Position numbers and translations under genes: made by a program
Assembly (NCBI GenBank): GCA_023418915.1
Contig: JAEZYU010000037.1
Span: 14,349 to 78,348 of the forward strand
Direction of reading: 5' to 3'
DNA: 64,000 nt
Source of the DNA: Bacillota bacterium
GTDB lineage: Bacteria; Bacillota; Clostridia; Acetivibrionales; DTU013
Part shown: in pieces, positions 47,848 to 56,032 of the stretch
How positions within the stretch are numbered: position 1 is the stretch's first letter
Layout: the number at the start of each line of letters is the position of its first letter
Notes under the pieces: model-generated
What the model was told of the DNA's origin: nothing
What the model saw: the letters and a program-made list of their open reading frames with translations, nothing else
Databases searched by the model: none

Positions 47848-48957
47848 TCAACCGGCAGATATAATTTTAACCATATTTTGCCGGTTCAGTATTTCCTGTG
47901 GTATGTAGCTGCCGCTTTGCAGTATATCAAGCATTCTATCCTGATATACCTTCTCAAACAACGAAACAAACCAGTCCACTGGTCTTCTGACCTGATTTTC
48001 CTTGGTTTCGGGCAATCTGACGTTTTCAGCCGCCTTCAGCATGGCTGCATACAATGGCTTGAAAACCTCGATCCGCAGTGTCGGATTTATTTTCATCAGA
48101 TCCTGTATAATGAATATCCCTTCATAATCAAGGTCACCAAAATAATAATAACACGTTTGGACATCTCTATAAAAACTGCTGTTGAACTCCGTCAATGAAT
48201 CGTTCTTTCTAGCGATTTTTTTGCCCTCACCGTAGATCAGGCTGTCAAAGCATATTCCTGCAATATTGCAAATGCCTGATGACATAATGTTCCTCAATGT
48301 GTACCAGGTATCTTTGTTTTCTATAATAAGGATGTTGCGTGTACCTGATCCATTTTCCACTGTTTTTTTATCCAATACTTCAATATTTGCTGCTGTCTTC
48401 TCTGCCTTATGCGGTATATCATAGGTGAAAAAAGGCTCGGGAGTCTCATAAAAATTCAGTAATTCTCTGAGCCCGGGATTGAAACTAAAAACTCCGGCCA
48501 GTTCGCTATCCTCTTTTAAGGCCTTCTCCTTCCCGAATATCTGGAACGACCTTTCATTAATTGACAGAGGGACTTCAAGCATACATGCACACTTTTTTAA
48601 AAATGTATCTAGCAGCGAAAGCCAGTGCTTATGCTTCATATATTTATCGAGCTCGGAAAGATATCCCTCAATATTAAGCCTGCCATGCAACAGACGTATC
48701 TCGGGAATAAGCTCCCCATAATTGAGCTGTGGTTTACTTATGCTATACCTTTTATATAGCGGTGGATTCATGCCATTTGAACCGGAACTCTTTACAGGAG
48801 AAATAGCGCCATTTTTAACAAGGCTATAAATAGCTTCATAGTACTCGTTATAGCCTAAAGATGGAAGATAGTCTCGAAGCTCTGTTTCCGATATCCTTAC
48901 ACCCTTATATTCGATCAGCTTTTTTGAAACACCCGCCAGATCCACCAGAACCACCAC
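47848..48957 (-). CDS. JetD-like protein with C-terminal Toprim domain (DUF2220-like)
   Basis: The 369 aa ORF has the Toprim Glu in NILIIENKDTWYTL and the DxD in YYYFGDLDYEGIFI. The GTG start follows GGAAAAGGAAAG. It is the first gene of the operon. Confidence 0.7.
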   Translation of the reverse strand: MVVLVDLAGVSKKLIEYKGVRISETELRDYLPSLGYNEYYEAIYSLVKNGAISPVKSSGSNGMNPPLYKRYSISKPQLNYGELIPEIRLLHGRLNIEGYLSELDKYMKHKHWLSLLDTFLKKCACMLEVPLSINERSFQIFGKEKALKEDSELAGVFSFNPGLRELLNFYETPEPFFTYDIPHKAEKTAANIEVLDKKTVENGSGTRNILIIENKDTWYTLRNIMSSGICNIAGICFDSLIYGEGKKIARKNDSLTEFNSSFYRDVQTCYYYFGDLDYEGIFIIQDLMKINPTLRIEVFKPLYAAMLKAAENVRLPETKENQVRRPVDWFVSLFEKVYQDRMLDILQSGSYIPQEILNRQNMVKIISAG

Positions 48958-49040
48958 ACTTTCCTTTTCCCATTATAACACATCGGCTTACGCCTTGCGG
49001 GGTCATACCCCTTACGGGGTCCAGCTAAAAATATTCCCTT

Positions 49041-49275
49041 GATTCGCTGTCATGCGGGGTCAGGCTTAAAAATGTTATAATTTTCTATTAATGGGATACT
49101 TTATAGACGATAACCCCGATTTTTTCAGTGAATTGTATACATAATTCAGAGTTCTGCTGTATTATGGCAGTTATTAGGCATAATAGCTATCCCATTACTT
49201 GCATTTTTATACATAAATAGAGTGAAACATATTATGTTTACTACCCTATACTTAATTACGATTTACATAAGAATC
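49041..49275. repeat. Direct repeat copy B (about 235 bp), paired with 39766-40002
   Basis: See copy A. It lies immediately upstream, in the minus sense, of the JetD-like operon. Confidence 0.9.
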
Positions 49276-49640
49276 TCCCATATAACCTCATTTTTACTTC
49301 CTTATGGTGACATGAAAGTAACATACTCCCCTCCCCTATGCTAAATGCAGAAAACAGCTGTCTGCCCTTGTACCATCTCCTGTATAGCAACTATTTAGTC
49401 GATAATATTACATATTATAATTTAGTTCAATATTTTCGTGCTCATATTGACTTACGGTGTTGAAGACGCAGTCGGAGAAAAAACCGTCATGATGATGTTT
49501 GAGGATATAGCTCAATGGGCAGGCGTAAAGCTCCACGTTTTGCGCTACTGTTCGGCTGCCTCGCATGTATCGGCCTGCAGGGAAAAGCTTGAAGAGGCTC
49601 GCCTTCTGGGGGAAAAGCTGGGGTGAAACCCGGGGGTCAA

Positions 49641-49712
49641 TTAATACCGCTGATAATTGTAGCCAGATATTGCTGGTTCAGTATCTACTGCGGTATGCAG
49701 CTGCCCTCATAA
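49641..49712 (-). pseudogene. Remnant of the 3' end of a second JetD-like gene
   Basis: About 70 bp align at roughly 80% with 47848-47920. The minus strand reads EGSCIPQ*ILNQQYLATIISG, against SGSYIPQEILNRQNMVKIISAG in the intact gene. It has an in-frame TAG and no upstream body. Confidence 0.5.
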
Positions 49713-50155
49713 TGAAAAAGGCAGACCATGCCCTGGATAAATATGCTTGACACCTTTACCTTTTAATTTTTCGATGCTTTTATTGAGCAAAGCAAAATCT
49801 ACTGCGTTAGATGCTGGTTCAGGTTTCTTAACATTCGATAAAATATCCCCTGCTATCAGGCCGCAACCCTCTGCAAATACACCAATCGAACCATTCGTAT
49901 GCCCGGGAATATGCATGATTTTTGCGTCAAACCCGTATTCTGCAAGGTCATCACCCTCTTCGAGCAGCAAACACCAGAGAAACGTCACCGGCTCACAGCC
50001 CTCCTTCTTCAGTCTTTCGAGTAGTAACTTGCGCCGGTTTGTAAATTCCTTATCCGTAAGCATATGCCCCCCGGTGTCGGCAAGCAAGAAACTATATCAT
50101 TTTTTATCAAATAGCAATTAACCCCGCCCAGATCAAGTCTTATTATTTCCTGCAT
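49707..50155 (-). pseudogene. MBL-fold metallo-hydrolase, frameshifted and internally deleted
   Basis: The N-terminal MQEIIRLDLGGVNCYLIKNDIV (ATG 50155, RBS AAGGAGG) shifts frame near 50085-50095 into LLADTGG...MHIPGHTNGSIGVF...GDIL...IYPGHG. The expected HxHxDH block between them is missing. Confidence 0.6.
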
Positions 50156-50262
50156 TTTATTGACCTCCTTTGCTTTCCTCCCTCCAAGCCGGCTCAAGAG
50201 TCCTTCAGCGGGATGATGGACCATTACCAACTAGAATCAACCTACCATTCCTTTTCTTCGAT

Positions 50263-51486
50263 CTACAGCGCTGTTACAGGGATAGTTACATTTTTGTCAG
50301 TAATATGAACGGCCTTATCGTACATACAGACAACGCCGCCTGTGCCAACAGCTATACCTTTGATTTTATCAAGGACAAAAAAGTTCCCGATATGCTCCTT
50401 ACCCGGGTTGGAGGTCTTCTTGATTTCAATTGGATGCATTATGCCATTTTGTTCTATCAGCAAGTCTATCTCTTTTGCGTCCCTATCCCGGTAATAGTAC
50501 AGCGATGGCTCCAGAACGCCTGCATTGTAATAGCTTTTAAGGATTTCAGCTACTACAAAGGTCTCGAAAAAGGCTCCGGCCATGGCGCCTGCTTCAAGCA
50601 CCTCAGGTGTAGTCCACTTAGTGAGATATGCAGCAAGACCGGTATCAAGGAAATACAGCTTCGGTGTTTTCACAGCTCTTTTGGTAACATTGTTATGATA
50701 CGGCTGCAGCAAATAAACAATGTTTGACGTTAGTAGTATAGAGAGCCATCTGTCCGCTGTCGGAACACTTATTCCCACCTCGTTTGCAACAGCAGATAAA
50801 TTAAGCATCTGAGAAGTTCTGCCTGCAATGGCAGTCATAAATTTGATAAATCTCAGTTCATCGCCGACCTGTGCAAGCTCTCTTACATCACGCTCGATAT
50901 AGGTCTTGGTATATGAGGCATAAAACATCTGCCAATCAATATCCTCCGAATACATAGCGGGCATTGAACCCTTGTGTATTATCTTCCAGATTCCCATATA
51001 GTCGATTTGCTTACTTGACGATTTCCTCTTTGCCAGGTATTCTTCCGTTGGTACAAAAATCTCACTAAACGAGTCTTTCATGATTTCACGAAGAGACAGA
51101 CCCAACAGGTTTATTATACCAATTCTGCCGGCAAGGCTTTCACTGACATTCTTCATCATTTTGAACTGCTGTGAACCTGTAAGAAAAAATTGTCCCTTTT
51201 TCCCGCTCTCATCGGCAATCATTTTTATATACTTAAATAAGTTCGGCGCATACTGAATCTCATCAACGATTACAGGCGGCGGAGCTATTTTGAAAAAAGC
51301 GCTTGCTTCCTCAATGGCGCTTTGCAGCAGAATCGGATCATCAAGAGTCAAATACGGAATATTCCCGGTAATATGCTTTACCAATGTTGTTTTGCCGACC
51401 TGCCTTGCTCCTGTTACCAAAACAGCAGAAAATATTTTAGAGGCTTTATTGATGGTACTCTCAACATTTCTGTCAATGTAATCCAT
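50263..51486 (-). CDS. AAA-family ATPase (AAA_14 + DUF4143-like architecture)
   Basis: The 407 aa ORF has Walker A LVTGARQVGKTTLV and Walker B-like VIVDEIQY. Its C-terminal half resembles the DUF4143 type (YYYRDRDAKEIDLLIE). Confidence 0.75.
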   Translation of the reverse strand: MDYIDRNVESTINKASKIFSAVLVTGARQVGKTTLVKHITGNIPYLTLDDPILLQSAIEEASAFFKIAPPPVIVDEIQYAPNLFKYIKMIADESGKKGQFFLTGSQQFKMMKNVSESLAGRIGIINLLGLSLREIMKDSFSEIFVPTEEYLAKRKSSSKQIDYMGIWKIIHKGSMPAMYSEDIDWQMFYASYTKTYIERDVRELAQVGDELRFIKFMTAIAGRTSQMLNLSAVANEVGISVPTADRWLSILLTSNIVYLLQPYHNNVTKRAVKTPKLYFLDTGLAAYLTKWTTPEVLEAGAMAGAFFETFVVAEILKSYYNAGVLEPSLYYYRDRDAKEIDLLIEQNGIMHPIEIKKTSNPGKEHIGNFFVLDKIKGIAVGTGGVVCMYDKAVHITDKNVTIPVTAL

Positions 51487-51521
51487 AGCAACACGCTCCG
51501 GCTAATTTAATATCATATATT

Positions 51522-51550
51522 ATTATAGCCAAATATGCCGAAAACATCAA
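51522..51550 (-). promoter_or_regulatory. Candidate sigma-A promoter for the AAA ATPase gene
   Basis: The minus strand has TTGATG (51545-51550), a 17 nt spacer, then TATAAT (51522-51527), about 35 nt upstream of the ATG at 51486. Confidence 0.55.
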
Positions 51551-51680
51551 GGGTGACGGGAAATAAACCTGGATCGCGGCAAACGAGCTTGGTCAACTTT
51601 ATGTAACTCCCCTTCGTATAGAATCCGGACCCCCGTTTTTAATTACGGCAATAACATATGTGACAGCTGTATATGCTTAC

Positions 51681-52502
51681 TTAATCCATTTTATTGAGTC
51701 TATTGTTCAAAATATTTCGCCGTAGTTCATTTAATGCAGTATCACCGGTACTGTTTTCTCTTATTGCCTTTTCTCTTTCATTAAAATCATAAAGAATAGC
51801 CAAGGAATCAGCATCGAGAGAGTTTCCTTCCGCATATAAGATTTTTGTGTTACTTAGATCAAGCATCGTGATGTCACGTATATTATTGTCAGTAATATAC
51901 AATTCAGTTAATCTCAAATCCTTCAATTGCGATACATCCGATATTTTATTTCCGCCTAAGCCCAATGTTTCCAGACTTGTTAAAAATGCAACAGCACTTA
52001 CATCTTCGATATTATTGTCTTCTAATCCTAATATTCTGAGTTTTTTTAACATTTTCAATCCAGAAATATCAGAAATATTATTTTTATTTAGAATGAGCGT
52101 TGTCAAATTAATATGATTTCGTATATTACTAACATCTTCAATATCGTTGTTGGATAGATTTAAAAAAGTTACCGCTGTTAAGTTGGCGATTGGACTTAGA
52201 TCAAAAATTTTATTATTTTCCAGGCTGACCCTTTTCAATTTTGTTTTATTCGACAACATACTTATATCTATTATATTGTTATTACTTAAATCTAAGGATT
52301 CCAAATTATTAAGCTTACTTAAGAAATCTATATTATTAACATTGCTGCTTCTTACAGATAAATCTTGTATGTTGACTAATTCGCTCAAGTCTGCCAAATT
52401 GCCTTTTTCATAATGTGAAATCTTCAAAACTCTCAATTTGTTCAACTTACTTATAGCTGATATATCATCCAGGGGACAGTCAACAGCACCAGCATGCAGC
52501 AT
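51681..52502 (-). CDS. Leucine-rich-repeat protein (internalin-type 22 aa LRRs), no signal peptide, possibly 5'-truncated
   Basis: The 273 aa ORF has about nine repeats of the LxxLxLxxNxIxDISxL type (LESLDLSNNNIIDISML, LNLSNNDIEDVSNI, LILNKNNISDISGL, LGLEDNNIEDVSAV, LGLGGNKISDVSQL). The upstream sequence shows stop-interrupted coding remnants in another frame. Confidence 0.75.
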   Translation of the reverse strand: MLHAGAVDCPLDDISAISKLNKLRVLKISHYEKGNLADLSELVNIQDLSVRSSNVNNIDFLSKLNNLESLDLSNNNIIDISMLSNKTKLKRVSLENNKIFDLSPIANLTAVTFLNLSNNDIEDVSNIRNHINLTTLILNKNNISDISGLKMLKKLRILGLEDNNIEDVSAVAFLTSLETLGLGGNKISDVSQLKDLRLTELYITDNNIRDITMLDLSNTKILYAEGNSLDADSLAILYDFNEREKAIRENSTGDTALNELRRNILNNRLNKMD

Positions 52503-52656
52503 ATCATAACAATCCCTGTAATTTCTTCGGGAGAAATATCTTCCTACTCATTATCCGATTCCCTGAATCCGTTTGCCAGCCGTGTTTCTTCAACGCCAGT
52601 ATATGTGATCTATGCCGCATGTAAGTAAATAAGCGTACCGTAAACAAATACCTTGA

Positions 52657-55600
52657 TCATATTCCGCTCCCTTTCTCCTTTGAAAATGGGCTGAGGTTGA
52701 TGAACAGCTTCTTCAGGTCTTCATCCGCTTCATAGTTAGTCAGGATATACTCCAGCAATTCCTCCTGGCGTGCTTGTCCCAGCGTCAGCCGGTATAATGA
52801 AAGTATCTTGATCAGCCGTTCATATGAAGAAATATCTCTGCTCAGCGGATACAATGGAACAATACGCTCGATCTTTACCTTCTGATCATTGGACAAGCAC
52901 CAGAAAGGCACCAGTTCCGCATTATGCTCGTCTTTCTCGTGAATAAGGGCATTTTGAAACATCTCATCCCAGATGCTTTTGCTGAAAGTAATATCGCCAT
53001 ACTGTCTGGCTACATTTTGCCTTATCGCCAGGCATTTGAACCGGTTAATGCGGCCTTCGCGCTGCTCGAGATCGATGGGGTTTGAAGGCAGGTTCCAGTG
53101 CATTATTTTTCTGCAATAATAATGAAAATCCAGGCCCTCCTGTCCGATAGAGGTAGTTGCCAGAACAAACGGACGGAATGGGGAATTGAAGGAATTTCTC
53201 ACGCTCTTCTTTCTGTCGAAATCCTTGTCGGTATTTCCCTCCCCCTTGGTAAAACCAACAGCATAATGCGTTCTGACACTTACAGGCCAGCTTCTGTAGC
53301 CCTTGACCCTTCCTTCAAAATTTTTGAATGTATCTATGCTGTAGCTGGCTGAATGCACCTGCATTGATTCCAGCATAAGCTGATGAAGGACGCTGCCCCT
53401 GTCGCTGGCTTGGCTCAGGTTATAGGATTCTGTCAGGATATGGGCATATTCGTCAAATACAGATTGCAGGTTTCCTGCTTTACAATATGCGAGTACATTT
53501 TTCCAATGCGCATTGTCGTTCCTTCGACCATAGCAAAGCTCGACAATGGAAGTTGATTCCGGAGAATTCAAGCGGTTCATAAAAGCCTTGGCGATTTGAC
53601 TTGCCCTGTCTATTTCACGCAAGCTTTTCCCATCTGCTTCATGCTGTCCCTTCCTGTCTGTTTCACACTCGCTGCCTTTATTAGTCTGCTCTGAAACCGT
53701 ACTTGATCTACCATTTCCGCCATTCGTGCGGTAAGCACATATCGCCGGAGAAGCCAACGCCATATTGGTGAGTACCTCAAGTAAATCATCAGGCCTTCTG
53801 CCCAGTACCAGATCCGGATCAAATCTGTACTGTCTCATCAGATCAATATGCGCCTTAAGCCCTCTCTGGCCTTGGCCCTGACGGCCCTGTCCCTGGCCCT
53901 GGCCGCCCCTTCTCTTCTCCGCCGCATCATTTTCGTCATCAGGATCAGAATCAATTATTGTATCCGTCCCATCAAACCAATTCCTCACATAGGATTCGTC
54001 ATCGAGGAACAATGGTACAAGATAATACCATCTCTCATCCGTTCCGCCGGTAGTTTTCTCACTCAGGCCTACAGAGTTCAGTCTCTTTAGTATCTTTTGA
54101 GAAATTTCATTTTCCAGTTCCCTCAAAGAAATATGCCTGTTCAAAACATCGATTGGCTGAAAACATTCCGCAAGGAATTCAGAAGGGTAAAGCAGGCACA
54201 GCAGATTCATACTTCTGGGTACACCTTCTGATAACGAAAAACGCAATCGGGACACAGGATAACGTAAACTGTTCTTGGCAAAGTAGTTGGCGTTTTTCAT
54301 CTCTTCCTTGTTCGCTCTCAACGAAAGCTTGCCCACTGTTCTGCGCTCCGCTTCATATGAGATCATAACAGATATCATCCTCGGTACCATTTCCCATGCC
54401 GAGAACACAAGTATTTTTGAAAAGCAGTCCGCATTCCTGAACACACCTCCGGGTTCATAATATGGTTTTGATGCAGGGATCCACAGCAACAATTCCGCCT
54501 TGCTCTCGAAAGCTGCCTCTTTAAGCGATTCCAGCCGCGCATTTACGGCATCCAATGGTTTGTAATTCAACAAAGTGCTCCGCTTGATCCACAAGTATTG
54601 CATATCCGCCTTTTGTATCTCCTCGGGATGTGCTTTGAAGTACCTTTCAATTGCTCTTTTTACCTTGTAATCCCTCATAAAGGATAAAATGTACGGGGAG
54701 GATTTAACAAAATCCACCGGCAAAGCCATGTTGGCTTTGATCTCATCAAGCAGCTGCTGAGCTTGTATATATGTAATAATATCCTTCTCATTCACCTTAA
54801 GGTGCTTCTTTGTGCTTGAGTCGTCTATGAAATCACCTGTTTGTATTGCAGACATTCGCTCAGTCCTACATACAACCCTATATAAAGAATCCTCCGCGTG
54901 CCTTTTTGCTTCAATGATAGTAGCATCATTCATATTGAGTTCACGCAGACGGATCGAATAATTGTTCCAGACATCCTTAAAACAGTCGAACTTTATATTA
55001 TCGGAATAAAGAAATCCAAGCACTTTAAAAAATTCAGCATAATGCTCATCCACCTGGGTCTCCTCTATTTCCTCCAGCGTAGAGTACAGTTTATACGGTG
55101 TTGCCGATAAAAGAAGCATTTTCACTTCATTATTGGAAAAGAACCTTTTTGCCAGCAAGCCGGTTTCACTGACAGCATCGGCATCAATAAGGTATTTGAA
55201 TCGTTGAAATTCATCCATTATTACAAGATCCGGCTCCAACAGATCCACACTGATCTGAGCAAACATGATCCTAAGCCTGCCGATCACACTATTCGCCTGG
55301 ATCCTCCTGCCGCCGTTGTCTCGTATCCGGTCGCACAACTCGATCAATGCCTTGTCCAAACCCTCCTGCTGTATCGAGCATGCAGCCTTATCGACCATAT
55401 ATCTCAGATACTCTCCATTGGTCTTAGCATCGCATTCCTGCACACGCTCCTCATACCAAGCTCTGGCCCATTCATTCCAAGCTTTGAACGCAGTATCCTG
55501 CATAGCAATTTTGAGTTGATTTTCATATGGCTGCAAAAAAGGCAGCCTGCGCAGTATAGCAAACATCAAGGCGCGCTCACTCACACTTCCGGCGCCTGTT

Positions 55601-56031
55601 GTCATTCGGAATGATGTATCCGGTGTTAATGGAATCAGTTGAATATACCCGGCAAGTATTTCTTCATCATGCATTTGAGTGAAAATATTAAGATGCTGCA
55701 TGGACAGCCTTGATGAGCCGATATCTTCCATTCTGATTTTGTCTGCTATCCGGAGCTTGCTCAGGTTCTGGCCGGCAATACTTTGATTAGAGCAAATATA
55801 AACGACCTTGAACAACGGATCTGCCTGTTCATACCTCAAAACAGCAGTTTTAGCTATAACGCCTTTTGCGATCAGTGTTTTCCCAAGTCCGACCTCGTCT
55901 GCCACCAGGATCCTCTTCTGTCCGCTGCGGAACACGGCATCGACCCTGTTGACAGTAGCTCTTTGAAAGTCCTTCAGTGAGTTCATTACACGTTCTTGTG
56001 CCGCATAAAGATCAATGTTCAGTTTTCGCAT
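52657..56031 (-). CDS. SNF2-like superfamily-2 helicase
   Basis: The start is taken at M17 (ATG 56031), 1 nt after the PLD gene stop. Motif I is LVADEVGLGKTLIA, motif II is VIMDEFQRFK and motif III is LLSATPYK. Motifs V/VI are TTSIGQEGLDFH and QREGRINRF. There is an internal GQ-rich linker. Confidence 0.85.
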   Translation of the reverse strand: MRKLNIDLYAAQERVMNSLKDFQRATVNRVDAVFRSGQKRILVADEVGLGKTLIAKGVIAKTAVLRYEQADPLFKVVYICSNQSIAGQNLSKLRIADKIRMEDIGSSRLSMQHLNIFTQMHDEEILAGYIQLIPLTPDTSFRMTTGAGSVSERALMFAILRRLPFLQPYENQLKIAMQDTAFKAWNEWARAWYEERVQECDAKTNGEYLRYMVDKAACSIQQEGLDKALIELCDRIRDNGGRRIQANSVIGRLRIMFAQISVDLLEPDLVIMDEFQRFKYLIDADAVSETGLLAKRFFSNNEVKMLLLSATPYKLYSTLEEIEETQVDEHYAEFFKVLGFLYSDNIKFDCFKDVWNNYSIRLRELNMNDATIIEAKRHAEDSLYRVVCRTERMSAIQTGDFIDDSSTKKHLKVNEKDIITYIQAQQLLDEIKANMALPVDFVKSSPYILSFMRDYKVKRAIERYFKAHPEEIQKADMQYLWIKRSTLLNYKPLDAVNARLESLKEAAFESKAELLLWIPASKPYYEPGGVFRNADCFSKILVFSAWEMVPRMISVMISYEAERRTVGKLSLRANKEEMKNANYFAKNSLRYPVSRLRFSLSEGVPRSMNLLCLLYPSEFLAECFQPIDVLNRHISLRELENEISQKILKRLNSVGLSEKTTGGTDERWYYLVPLFLDDESYVRNWFDGTDTIIDSDPDDENDAAEKRRGGQGQGQGRQGQGQRGLKAHIDLMRQYRFDPDLVLGRRPDDLLEVLTNMALASPAICAYRTNGGNGRSSTVSEQTNKGSECETDRKGQHEADGKSLREIDRASQIAKAFMNRLNSPESTSIVELCYGRRNDNAHWKNVLAYCKAGNLQSVFDEYAHILTESYNLSQASDRGSVLHQLMLESMQVHSASYSIDTFKNFEGRVKGYRSWPVSVRTHYAVGFTKGEGNTDKDFDRKKSVRNSFNSPFRPFVLATTSIGQEGLDFHYYCRKIMHWNLPSNPIDLEQREGRINRFKCLAIRQNVARQYGDITFSKSIWDEMFQNALIHEKDEHNAELVPFWCLSNDQKVKIERIVPLYPLSRDISSYERLIKILSLYRLTLGQARQEELLEYILTNYEADEDLKKLFINLSPFSKEKGSGI

Positions 56032-56032
56032 A

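Noticed and set aside
49489-49626. A plus-strand ORF with a MerR-like HTH resemblance (FEDIAQWAGVKLHVLRY).
   Set aside because: Only about 20 residues resemble the family, and the rest of the ORF does not. At most it is another gene fragment, too weak to list as a feature.
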